A DNA stretch of 64,000 bases from a virus, in IMG/VR virus record IMGVR_UViG_3300037337_000170, positions 1 through 64,000 of that record. One strand, written 5' to 3'. The translations under genes and the position numbers were made by a program. Shown piece by piece: positions 18,084 to 26,667 of this stretch (positions are counted from its first letter, which is position 1; each line of letters opens with the position of its first letter). The notes under the pieces are model-generated. The model saw nothing but the letters and a program-made list of their open reading frames with translations, searched no databases and was not told the DNA's origin.

Positions 18084-18248
18084 ATGTATAAATTATTAAA
18101 AGAAATCTATAGCAATGATAAAAATTACCGCATTGAATTTGTTATGTTTTATCTAACCCGGTCCGAAGCCCAACAAGCTGCTGATCGTTTGAATAATGGC
18201 GCAACTTGTGCAGATAATGACTTTTATTATGTGGTAGAAGTAGAATGA
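18084..18248 (+). CDS. small hypothetical protein (54 aa)
   Basis: MYKLLKEIY...YLTRSEAQQAADRLN...; ATGA overlap with next gene. Confidence 0.55.
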   Translation: MYKLLKEIYSNDKNYRIEFVMFYLTRSEAQQAADRLNNGATCADNDFYYVVEVE

Positions 18249-18607
18249 ATTTCTTTCAAGAAACTACAGTTTGGGATGGCAACGGTAAAAATCATATTTA
18301 TTTGCTTACCCAGGATAAATCCAAGATGATCGCTTTTGTTTCATCTGGCCAAACAGAAGTAAAAACTTTTAAGAAGCCAATTCCATTCTACGTTCGTGGT
18401 AGAACTTTTGTTCAAGTGCAGAATACCTTCGGCTACAAACTTCCAGATTCTGAACCGACTGCCAAGATCATGGGTAGCAAAGGAGCTGTATATCATGTTA
18501 CCAAGAAAAATGGTGTTCTCCGTTGCAGCTGCCCAGGCTTTGTTTTTCGGGCCAAGTGCAAGCACACAGAAGAAGGTGGTTTACTTTTATCCAACCTTGT
18601 GGTATAA
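18245..18607 (+). CDS. SWIM zinc-finger protein
   Basis: GSKGAVYHV...CSCPGFVFRAKCKH. Confidence 0.75.
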   Translation: MNFFQETTVWDGNGKNHIYLLTQDKSKMIAFVSSGQTEVKTFKKPIPFYVRGRTFVQVQNTFGYKLPDSEPTAKIMGSKGAVYHVTKKNGVLRCSCPGFVFRAKCKHTEEGGLLLSNLVV

Positions 18608-18608
18608 T
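18580..18608 (+). promoter_or_regulatory. early promoter cassette
   Basis: TTTACT-N17-TATAAT. Confidence 0.8.
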
Positions 18609-18634
18609 AAACTCATACCAAACAAGGATTCAAA

Positions 18635-18808
18635 ATGACCAAGACTTCTAAAATCCCCGCCCAGAAAAATATGATGGATCAATTCCAGATCAACTATATT
18701 CCTGGCGGGATGAGCCTGAATCATAACGGATGGTGGGTGTGCCTTCGTGTTACTGATCGGGACGGAAGCACATTTGACTATCCCATCAAAATGATCCGTA
18801 AGGATTGA
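18635..18808 (+). CDS. small hypothetical early protein (57 aa)
   Basis: AAGGA SD behind promoter; ends just before the next cassette. Confidence 0.6.
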   Translation: MTKTSKIPAQKNMMDQFQINYIPGGMSLNHNGWWVCLRVTDRDGSTFDYPIKMIRKD

Positions 18809-18814
18809 CACTGG

Positions 18815-18843
18815 TTTACTTTTATTCCTGGGAGTGTTATAAT
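18815..18843 (+). promoter_or_regulatory. early promoter cassette
   Basis: TTTACT-N17-TATAAT. Confidence 0.85.
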
Positions 18844-18972
18844 AAACTCATACCAACCAAGGATTCAAAATAACCCTAGTCCCCGAAATCTCCGCACCTT
18901 CTAATCAAAGCATCGAAAATAAGACCGCTGAGCAGCTTAACCAGGTCATGCGTGACTCTCTCATGACACAGC

Positions 18973-19103
18973 ACCCGACCTAATCGTTGGAATAATAATG
19001 GTTTCGAATGGAAAAAGCAATTAGGAATGTATTTGTTAATGGCGAACTTATAAACAAATCTACATTCGAAGAAGTCCGAGCAACCGCAGCATCTTACCTG
19101 TAA
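18973..19103 (+). pseudogene. nadV: C-terminal remnant of nicotinamide phosphoribosyltransferase (NadV/NAMPT)
   Basis: AIRNVFVNGELINKSTFEEVRATA resembles the NAMPT C-terminal signature VF.NG.L....TFEEVR. Confidence 0.55.
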
Positions 19104-19111
19104 GGATCAAT

Positions 19112-19456
19112 ATGTCAAAATATACTATTTCCTCTATTCAAGAACAAATTGAAAAGCAATCTTCTATTATGGAGGAGTTAAAACTTCGTCTAGAAGCATT
19201 AAAAAAAGAATCCCCAGAGGAGGATTTAGCCAGAGAATTACATTCTCTGCTATGTACGGCAAATCACATAGATGGTTGTGGTTGGTTCCATGAAATTAAA
19301 AATAATAAAGATAACTCGGGTAGTTATGCCAAAGATAACTGGGATGGTTATGCCCATGGGAAGTACTTAGGTAAGGCAAAAAAGATTATTCACAGGTGTA
19401 ATGAACTTAATATCTCCACCAATGAAGCGCTATCTATGTGTGCATTAGTGAGATAA
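19112..19456 (+). CDS. hypothetical protein
   Basis: 114-aa ORF with AAGGA SD; C..NH.DGCGW motif. Confidence 0.65.
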   Translation: MSKYTISSIQEQIEKQSSIMEELKLRLEALKKESPEEDLARELHSLLCTANHIDGCGWFHEIKNNKDNSGSYAKDNWDGYAHGKYLGKAKKIIHRCNELNISTNEALSMCALVR

Positions 19457-19466
19457 GTATAAAATA

Positions 19467-19567
19467 ATAAAAAAATATGATACCTTAGTTTTTATTTGTA
19501 GATGCCAACCGGTTCATAATGCTTTGAGGATCACGCTGAAATTAAGATGTGGGCGTTAGGCCCGTAA
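19467..19567 (+). pseudogene. natV: internally deleted NadM-Nudix (NatV) NMN adenylyltransferase remnant
   Basis: (ATA)KKYDTLVFICRCQPVHNA joined out of frame to FEDHAEIKMWALGP*. Confidence 0.65.
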
Positions 19568-19570
19568 GAT

Positions 19571-19599
19571 TTTACTTTTATTCCTAGGTGTGTTATAAT
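19571..19599 (+). promoter_or_regulatory. early promoter cassette
   Basis: TTTACT-N17-TATAAT. Confidence 0.85.
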
Positions 19600-19625
19600 A
19601 AACACATACCAACCGAAAGACCAAA

Positions 19626-19781
19626 ATGTTTAATGTTCAACGATGTGTTCAAGATTATGACGAGGTGTACAAAAACACCGTCGCCGAATTTCCTACAGAA
19701 GAGGAGGCAGATGCATTTGTAGAGCAAGAAGAAGCTTCGTCACCCTGGAGAGATGTTTGGTTCGAAGTTTTTGAAGAGTAG
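19626..19781 (+). CDS. 51-aa acidic early protein (divergent paralog, copy 3)
   Basis: MFNVQRC...VAEFPTEEEADAF...WFEVFEE aligns without gaps to 11456-11611. Confidence 0.7.
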   Translation: MFNVQRCVQDYDEVYKNTVAEFPTEEEADAFVEQEEASSPWRDVWFEVFEE

Positions 19782-19782
19782 G

Positions 19783-19811
19783 TTTACTTTTATCTAAGCT
19801 TGTGGCATAAT
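19783..19811 (+). promoter_or_regulatory. degenerate early promoter cassette
   Basis: TTTACT-N17-CATAAT. Confidence 0.65.
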
Positions 19812-19845
19812 AAATGTGTACCAACCAACTCCATTAGGAAACAGC

Positions 19846-20063
19846 ATGATTACTGACTGCTCAAAAGATCACATGTCCGGCAGGTCATGCTCGTATTTGA
19901 TAGAGAAACTCCGACCGCTACTGAGATTGATACATACTGTATGAAGAATTATGGGTTCTCCCCCAAAAGCACTATGCTGATTGAGTCAAATATTGGTTTT
20001 GGTGGATACCCTAACCCCGGCAGAATCTACTGCCATCCCCGTTGCAACTATTTTCCGGAATAA
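19846..20063 (+). pseudogene. possibly frameshifted hypothetical gene (or 58-aa ORF from 19887)
   Basis: SD-linked ATG 19846 is out of frame with the long frame ending at 20063. Confidence 0.35.
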
Positions 20064-20065
20064 AC

Positions 20066-20519
20066 ATGACCACTGACCAACTCTTGGATTCGTTTGCCGA
20101 CTTTCTGGCCCGCGATGAAGCCTCCACTCGGAGCTACGCACACCTTACCCGCATCGAAGCCCTTAAGGTATTCACTGACAATCTGAGCCAGAGTGATTCT
20201 GCAAAACTCTATATTGCAGTTCTCGATGAGTTCCCAGATTTTATGACGCCAACCTTGGTGGCCCCATGCCGTCTTGTCGGCTCATATTATGCTCCAGGAA
20301 AATCTGGATTATAAAGCTTGGCTAAACAGGTCCTTCAAAAAGTGCGTGCTCCGGGTGAATCAAAAAGAGTTTGATAAAATTGCTCTTCTCCCGAGTGTTT
20401 ATCTGGGACATGAAAATACCACTTTGGGAGGAAAAAAGTCTTGTGCAGTTGTCTGCCCATCGATGGCAGTCACGCCAAATGTTCTAAAATTTGCTAAACT
20501 TTGAAAACCTAAAATATAA
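20066..20519 (+). pseudogene. Pth2-like (peptidyl-tRNA hydrolase II fold) gene, frameshifted and with a nonsense codon
   Basis: KLYIAVLDEFPDFMTPTLVA/HAVLSAH...SFKKCVLRV is broken by an extra C at 20262-20265; KL*KPKI ends in TAATG coupling to pnuC. Confidence 0.55.
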
Positions 20520-21124
20520 TGGACTACTTTACTTGGACCCCTCTTGAGACTTTTGCGATTGCCTTTACTACTGCATGTATTTTCCTGGCTGGTAAGAACT
20601 CTATTCATACCTGGTGGGTCGGTATTATCGCCTGCGTGCTTTTTGGTACTCTTTTCTACTCAGTTCAACTATACGCCGAAGTTCTACTTCAGGTATTCTT
20701 TGTCGGAACAAGTTTGATCGGTTGGTATATCTGGCGAAAATGTGGAGTAAATGTCACTCCGATTGTCAGAACAAGCCGACAAGTTCTCTTGATTTACTTT
20801 GTTGCGGCTCTATTGGCAGCTGGCGCATACGGATTGATCCTGCATGAATTCACTAACGCATGGGCGCCATTCATTGATAGCGGTGTATTAACCTTCAGTA
20901 TTCTTGCGCAGTATTTGCTAATGACGCGACGGCTGGAAACATGGTACTTTTGGATTTTCGTGAACATTCTATCTGTGCCATTGTACTTCAGTCGAGAACT
21001 TTACATGACTGCTGGTCTGTATTCAGTCTTTTTGGTACACGCTATCTGGGCAGCAGGCCACTGGAAAAAGCAAATGGAGACGCGTTCAAAGGGCGTTGGT
21101 TCGCCGAGGCACATTGAGAAATAA
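20519..21124 (+). CDS. pnuC: nicotinamide riboside transporter PnuC
   Basis: Multi-TM protein; LQVFF..GWYIW, PFIDS, AQYLL.RRLETWYFWI..N. Confidence 0.92.
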   Translation: MDYFTWTPLETFAIAFTTACIFLAGKNSIHTWWVGIIACVLFGTLFYSVQLYAEVLLQVFFVGTSLIGWYIWRKCGVNVTPIVRTSRQVLLIYFVAALLAAGAYGLILHEFTNAWAPFIDSGVLTFSILAQYLLMTRRLETWYFWIFVNILSVPLYFSRELYMTAGLYSVFLVHAIWAAGHWKKQMETRSKGVGSPRHIEK

Positions 21125-21126
21125 AA

Positions 21127-22107
21127 ATGTATAAACTTGGGTTAGTTGTTGGAAAATTCTGCCCGCTTCACCTTGGGCACAAGTATGTTATTGATACAGC
21201 CTTTGCTCAGAGTGAAAAAGTAGTAATTATCTCCTACACAAGCAAAAATTACTACCCTGCCGCCAATCGGCGTCTCTGGCTCGCCTCCACGTACCCAAAA
21301 GCAATCGTAATCGTGCCAGAATCTGGGTTCCCTGCCGACAATGCACATGAAGATATTCATCGTCACTATTGTGCTCAGTTATTGCTATCACTAAATCTAG
21401 AACCAGGTGCTGTATTTGGTAGTGAAGATTACATATTGGGCTTTGCAGAATATCTCTGTGGTTACTTTGAAAAAAACGGTGACAGGACCAAAGTTAAGCC
21501 CGTTCTCGTGGACGTAGATAGGCTGCGCTTTCCTATATCGGGAACAGCCATTCGACGTGGTAGTGCGTTAATCGAGGATTGGACTGATCCTATTGTTTAC
21601 ACGACACCAGCAAAGAGAATTTTGTTGATCGGCGGGGAAGCATCAGGAAAAACAACTCTGGCCCGGGCCCTTCTTCGAGCTCGGGGGGCATGGGGAATGG
21701 TAGAGGAATTTGGACGGACCTACGGGGAAGCAACCGATCAGCAATACACATTTTCCTCGATGTCACACATTGCAAAAACCCAGGTTAAGGATGAGGAAAA
21801 TCACATGCTATATTACCAACACACCGTTATTGTGTGTGATACTTCTCCTCTGGTTACCAAGTTTTACAGCCAGAAATGGTTTGGTTCGGTCGATCCTATG
21901 CTAGAGATTCTATCTCTTAGGAAATATGATTATGTATTTCTTACCCATCGAGATTTTGAATACAAACAAGAGATCGGTCGTTCTGGTGTCGAGTTCGCCG
22001 AAGAGCAAGAAACCTTTTATATGAAAAAACTTCGGCAACCATGGACTGATCTTTATGGCACCGTTGCCGAGCGGGTCGCAAAAATTCTAAAGGAAATAAA
22101 ACTATGA
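21127..22107 (+). CDS. nadR: NadR-type bifunctional NMN adenylyltransferase / NR kinase (no HTH)
   Basis: GKFCPLHLGH, ISGTAIR, GGEASGKTTL, EFGR, CDT. Confidence 0.9.
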   Translation: MYKLGLVVGKFCPLHLGHKYVIDTAFAQSEKVVIISYTSKNYYPAANRRLWLASTYPKAIVIVPESGFPADNAHEDIHRHYCAQLLLSLNLEPGAVFGSEDYILGFAEYLCGYFEKNGDRTKVKPVLVDVDRLRFPISGTAIRRGSALIEDWTDPIVYTTPAKRILLIGGEASGKTTLARALLRARGAWGMVEEFGRTYGEATDQQYTFSSMSHIAKTQVKDEENHMLYYQHTVIVCDTSPLVTKFYSQKWFGSVDPMLEILSLRKYDYVFLTHRDFEYKQEIGRSGVEFAEEQETFYMKKLRQPWTDLYGTVAERVAKILKEIKL

Positions 22108-22340
22108 AATCATTGTCATTCCGTATTCTCAACTCTGTAGACCAGGCATCACCATGGGTAATCAAGGAAGTTGAAAAGATGGAAACCTTACTCAAGGAAG
22201 CACATAGCTCGCTGTCTGTATGCACCATCGATGAAAGAAACATTTCCTACGGGCCAGCGTACAGCCTTGCTGTAGAGGACCGCGCGAGAGTGCTAATAAA
22301 GATCCGTAGACAATTTTATACGACAGAGGATAAACAATGA
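22104..22340 (+). CDS. hypothetical protein
   Basis: ATGA-coupled ORF. Confidence 0.55.
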   Translation: MKSLSFRILNSVDQASPWVIKEVEKMETLLKEAHSSLSVCTIDERNISYGPAYSLAVEDRARVLIKIRRQFYTTEDKQ

Positions 22341-22543
22341 ACACAAACTTACAACGCCATGCATTTAATGCAGGAATACGAATTGATGCCTTTGGTTCGC
22401 CGGTGGTGGATCGACAAGAAATGCTAGAAGAATTCGTGAAAAATATTCTGGCCGATCTCGTTGAGGATCTGCCGCGACCGGCAAGTATGCAAGTGACTAT
22501 TTCTGCCCTCAGGTTCGGAATTAAATTGAAAGAAACAAAATGA
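22337..22543 (+). CDS. hypothetical protein
   Basis: ATGA-coupled ORF with GAGGA SD. Confidence 0.55.
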   Translation: MNTNLQRHAFNAGIRIDAFGSPVVDRQEMLEEFVKNILADLVEDLPRPASMQVTISALRFGIKLKETK

Positions 22544-22968
22544 AAACTACTACTATTCCCTTTGGTTACCGATTGACAATTATGTCGTGGGAAAATGATG
22601 GCGATAATCACGCAAATAAAACTATATCAGGGCTTGGCTCAGAAATGGCCCATTTCTATGTAGGATTAGCTCAATTGTGTGAAGAAGGATGGGGTAATAT
22701 GTATGACCCAAGTGAACCAGAGCGTGTCGAGTTTAATGCAGCTTGCGTTAAAATGGTTCGTGAGAAATTAGAAGCTTTTAAATTACCTGTTCATTGGAAA
22801 GATTTTGACGATGAAAAAATAAAAGATATGTGTAATGATGCTAAGGATACTTTGGGTTTGGTCAGTTGCGACTACTTCACTCGTGTGACACAGTCTATTC
22901 TAGTCGAATACTTACCAAATACAATTGTGCTTCAAAATGTCACTGATGAATTTTTAGCCGCACCGTAA
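22540..22968 (+). CDS. hypothetical protein
   Basis: 142-aa ORF, SWENDGDN motif. Confidence 0.65.
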   Translation: MKTTTIPFGYRLTIMSWENDGDNHANKTISGLGSEMAHFYVGLAQLCEEGWGNMYDPSEPERVEFNAACVKMVREKLEAFKLPVHWKDFDDEKIKDMCNDAKDTLGLVSCDYFTRVTQSILVEYLPNTIVLQNVTDEFLAAP

Positions 22969-22970
22969 AT

Positions 22971-22999
22971 TTTACTTTTATTCTGGTCTGTGGTATAAT
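22971..22999 (+). promoter_or_regulatory. early promoter cassette
   Basis: TTTACT-N17-TATAAT. Confidence 0.85.
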
Positions 23000-23043
23000 A
23001 AATTACGAACAAAAAACCACCCCTTTAATACTTTTAAAATATT

Positions 23044-23394
23044 ATGAAAATTGTGATCAATACCTGCTATGGCGGCTTCGGGCTTTCAATTGAAGCCCTC
23101 TATGAACTCTATTTAAAAGGGTGTCCGATTGTTGAAGATGTGCGCAAACAGGCAGTTGGAGACAATCACACAGACGAAGTGATTCCATTCAATAATTTTT
23201 TGGCATCATTTAGCAATTGCCACGAACTCCGTGGCCACCCTGATTTAATCGAAATCGTAGAGAAATTGGGTGTAAAGGCGAATGATATGCAAGCATGCTT
23301 AAAAGTCGTGGAAATTCCAGATGATGTCGAATGGATTATCACCGATTATGATGGTGTGGAAACAATTGAAGAAGCCCACCGTATTTGGAACTAA
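23044..23394 (+). CDS. conserved phage protein of unknown function
   Basis: KIVINTCYGGFGLS...LKVVEIPDDVEWII.DYDG.E motif familiar from phages. Confidence 0.7.
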   Translation: MKIVINTCYGGFGLSIEALYELYLKGCPIVEDVRKQAVGDNHTDEVIPFNNFLASFSNCHELRGHPDLIEIVEKLGVKANDMQACLKVVEIPDDVEWIITDYDGVETIEEAHRIWN

Positions 23395-23615
23395 ATAAAA
23401 TGCAAAACAAAGAAAATACTCCCGGCTTCGTGCCGGGATTGGATTACTGTGCTCTTAATGTACGAGTGAATTCCTTGCTAATGGAACTGTCCGAAGTTCA
23501 GAATAAGTTTCCTCCGGGAAGCAATACATGGTACGATGCGGCAAATTGCCGATACCAACTCGGTAAAGTACAAGATCACATTCTTCGCGTTCGCGGTATT
23601 CAGGGCAACTCATGA
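23385..23615 (+). CDS. hypothetical protein
   Basis: 76-aa ORF overlapping neighbours. Confidence 0.5.
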   Translation: MELNKMQNKENTPGFVPGLDYCALNVRVNSLLMELSEVQNKFPPGSNTWYDAANCRYQLGKVQDHILRVRGIQGNS

Positions 23616-25474
23616 AAAAAGATCTACAGCTCTACTTCGATGCCAAAAGTGCCTATTACTCCGGCGAGCCTATTCTTTCGGATTACGAGTTTGACACGCT
23701 AGAAGTTGAGTTGGCAAAAACCAACCCCGATATTCTAAAGCGAGTTGGTTTTAATGATCGCACCGGAGCAGAAAAACTACCTGTTATGATGGGCTCTCTG
23801 GATCAACTCCACAATCAAAAAGAATGGGTAAACTGGAAAACTAAATTCCCAGGCGAGCTTGGCTTTGTTATTACCGAAAAAATTGATGGTAACTCTTGTC
23901 TGATGCAATATAAAAATGGAATTCTAGTCAACTCATGGTCACGCGGCGACGGTGTATCAGGCGCATCTAACATTCGACATACAAGCAAAATGCAATTGCC
24001 ACAGTATATAGAAAGCCGGTTCACTGGGTTTATTCGCGGTGAACTTGTAGTTCCTACTGCTGATTGGAAAAATCTACTTTCAGAAGCAGACCGTGATTAT
24101 GCCAATGCCCGCAACTTTGTAGCTGGTTTTCTTAACAAGACAGAAGGTCAAAAAGAACTTTACAAATACTTTGTTTTTGTCGCATTCGAGTTGATTAATG
24201 ACCAAAAGCTTTCAAAGACTCAACAGTTACAATTGATGAACCTCTATGGCTTCGATACACCAGAATACAGCCATATCTCAGAAACTTGTTCTTATGCCGA
24301 TCTGGAAAAGTTCATTAGCAAAATGTTGCAAGATAGTAAATATGAACTAGACGGGCTTGTGGTAGAGGTCGAATCTGCAAAATATCGTATTTTTACCCCT
24401 ACTGAAGATGACCTAAATCCACCATTTTCAGTTAAGATCAAGCTTGTCTCCGAGGGTGTAGAAACCACTATTCGAGAAATTGAGTGGTCTGCATCGAAGG
24501 ACGGTCTACTTAAGCCAGTAGTTCTAATTGAGCCTGTTCAATTAGACGGTGTCACTATTTCAAGATGTACGGCATATAATGCCAAGTTTGTAAAGGATAA
24601 CAAACTTTGTCCAGGGTCTATCATTAAAATTGTTCGCAGTGGGCAAGTAATCCCGAAAATTGTTGGGTTTATCAGTTCCGGTATCGACCTTGAGCTATAC
24701 GATGAATGGTTCTATTCTCAATTTGATGATAATGTAGAGTGGAATGAGACAAAAGTCGATCTAATTCATGCCTCTGGGGCAGGGTTAATGGCTCAGAAAG
24801 TCAAACAACTTGAATACTTTTTTCATAAACTGGAAATCGACTTCGTTGGTCCTGGCGCAGTTTCAAAGTTAATCGAAGCCGGTTACATTGAACCCACACA
24901 AATTATTACTAATCAGTCCATATTGAGAGATGTAATTGGCGAAAATGGTCGTAAGGCAGAACTGATTATGAATAAAATTCTAACCAGTGTAACTCCACAA
25001 CGACTATTCGCAGCACTAGGTGTATTCGGGCGCGGGATGGGTGAGCGAAAACTAAAGGTCCTATTCACTCGATTCTCGGTCGAAGAAGTTCTTGGTGGAA
25101 AACTAACAGAGAGTCAATTGTGCCAACTAGATGGCTTCGATGTCAAATCAGCAAAACTTATTATGCTGAATGCATTTAAAGCCCACACAGTATATTCGCA
25201 GATTAAATCATCGGTTACTTTCACGGTCGATAAACTTGAAACTAAAGGTTCGGGCGCATTCAATAATCAGATTCTGGTTGCTACCGGGGTACGGTTGTCT
25301 CCCGAGTTGATCGAGAAAATTCAGGTCCTAGGCGGTACGGTAACAGATGCATTTAACAAATCAACAACAATGTTGATCGCTAAAGACCCGAGCTCGACTT
25401 CAGGTAAAATGGGAAAGGCCAAAGCTATGGGTATCAAGGTTATTAGTTTGGCACAACTAATGGAGATGTTATGA
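23612..25474 (+). CDS. ligA: NAD-dependent DNA ligase
   Basis: Ia domain YY..EP.LSD.EFD, MGSL, EKIDG, SRGDG, RGE, NARN, DGLVV, OB (RSGQVIP), HhH, BRCT. Confidence 0.93.
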   Translation: MKKDLQLYFDAKSAYYSGEPILSDYEFDTLEVELAKTNPDILKRVGFNDRTGAEKLPVMMGSLDQLHNQKEWVNWKTKFPGELGFVITEKIDGNSCLMQYKNGILVNSWSRGDGVSGASNIRHTSKMQLPQYIESRFTGFIRGELVVPTADWKNLLSEADRDYANARNFVAGFLNKTEGQKELYKYFVFVAFELINDQKLSKTQQLQLMNLYGFDTPEYSHISETCSYADLEKFISKMLQDSKYELDGLVVEVESAKYRIFTPTEDDLNPPFSVKIKLVSEGVETTIREIEWSASKDGLLKPVVLIEPVQLDGVTISRCTAYNAKFVKDNKLCPGSIIKIVRSGQVIPKIVGFISSGIDLELYDEWFYSQFDDNVEWNETKVDLIHASGAGLMAQKVKQLEYFFHKLEIDFVGPGAVSKLIEAGYIEPTQIITNQSILRDVIGENGRKAELIMNKILTSVTPQRLFAALGVFGRGMGERKLKVLFTRFSVEEVLGGKLTESQLCQLDGFDVKSAKLIMLNAFKAHTVYSQIKSSVTFTVDKLETKGSGAFNNQILVATGVRLSPELIEKIQVLGGTVTDAFNKSTTMLIAKDPSSTSGKMGKAKAMGIKVISLAQLMEML

Positions 25475-25644
25475 GTCAAGAAGCAACAGAATTTCTCTGC
25501 CATGTGTGTAATGAGTGGATACCTAAAACCAGTTACAAAACCCATGTGCTGACTCATTATCGAGAATCAGACTTTATCTTTCCTGTCACTGTCGAGGATA
25601 TGAAGCGTCGCTTTGAGCCTCTTGGCTACTACACCGAGCGATAA
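25471..25644 (+). CDS. small C2H2-type zinc-finger protein (57 aa)
   Basis: FLCHVC-x11-HVLTH; GGAG SD; ATGA overlap with ligase. Confidence 0.6.
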   Translation: MSQEATEFLCHVCNEWIPKTSYKTHVLTHYRESDFIFPVTVEDMKRRFEPLGYYTER

Positions 25645-25698
25645 TTTATTTTTGCTTACTAAGTACTAGGATAAAATATAGTATACAAGGAAACAAAA

Positions 25699-26664
25699 AT
25701 GACAGAACCTGTTCAGACAAAATACCCAATTTATGTAATTTCAAAATCCAGAGCCAGTACCTTATGGACTGTTCGTACACTTGAAGAATGCGGCTGCACC
25801 AACTATCGATTGGTAATTGAACCGCATCAATACGAAGATTATAAAGTAGGTATGCTTGAGCGTGGCTTTGATCCTGCTAAACTTCTTCTATTACCTTTCA
25901 GTAACCTAGGGCTTGGTAGTATTCCAGTTAGAAATTGGGTCTGGGAACACTCAATTTCCTTAGGTGCTAAAAGGCATTGGATTCTTGACGATAATATGCG
26001 ATATTTTTATCGGGTATATCGTAATACTCGAATGCGTGTTAAGTCTATGATCGCACTTAAAGTAGCAGAAGATTATAGTGACAGATTCACCAATGTTGCT
26101 ATGAGTGGACTGAACTATCACTTTTTCGTGCCTAATTTTCTAAATAAAGAGCCAGCCTACTTTAATACCAGAATTTACAGCTGTATTCTACTAGACAATA
26201 CCATTGACGAACGCTGGCGTGTACTTGAGTGGGATGGAAAGCCTGCGCCGTTCAATGAGGATACTGATCTATCTTTACAGATTCTGAAAAAAGGTTACTG
26301 TACTATTCTACTAAACTCTTTTACTGTTGGCAAGGCCGGCACACATACAATGAAAGGTGGTAATACTGAAGCAGTTTACAAAGTTGGTAACAAAGAAGAA
26401 TTTGATAATCGGTATTCATTTGTAGCATCACTACATAAAGCACATCCAGATTGTGTAACCATCGCCCAAAAATGGGGGCGTCACCATCATCATGTGGATT
26501 TCAGTCATTTTATGAAACATAATAAATTAATCCTGAAGCCAGGTCTAACTTGGCCAGAAGTCTATGAGCATAAACTAAAACTGGTTAAACTGGATGATCC
26601 AAAAAACATGATGGGATCCTATACTGACGCTACAATATCGGATGTTCGTATTGACTTGGAATAA
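25699..26664 (+). CDS. GREB1-like / TET-associated GT-A glycosyltransferase
   Basis: YPIYVISKSR, RNWVWEHS, HWILDDN, NTRIYSCIL, NEDTDLSL, GGNT. Confidence 0.82.
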   Translation: MTEPVQTKYPIYVISKSRASTLWTVRTLEECGCTNYRLVIEPHQYEDYKVGMLERGFDPAKLLLLPFSNLGLGSIPVRNWVWEHSISLGAKRHWILDDNMRYFYRVYRNTRMRVKSMIALKVAEDYSDRFTNVAMSGLNYHFFVPNFLNKEPAYFNTRIYSCILLDNTIDERWRVLEWDGKPAPFNEDTDLSLQILKKGYCTILLNSFTVGKAGTHTMKGGNTEAVYKVGNKEEFDNRYSFVASLHKAHPDCVTIAQKWGRHHHHVDFSHFMKHNKLILKPGLTWPEVYEHKLKLVKLDDPKNMMGSYTDATISDVRIDLE

Positions 26665-26667
26665 ACT

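Noticed and set aside
17995-20504. Stop-codon reassignment explaining in-frame stops
   Set aside because: Lesions involve different stops (TAA, TGA) plus indels, and intact genes end in all three stop codons
25651-25677. T4 MotA-box middle promoter (TTTGCTTA...TAAAAT) before the glycosyltransferase
   Set aside because: Imperfect match and a single occurrence
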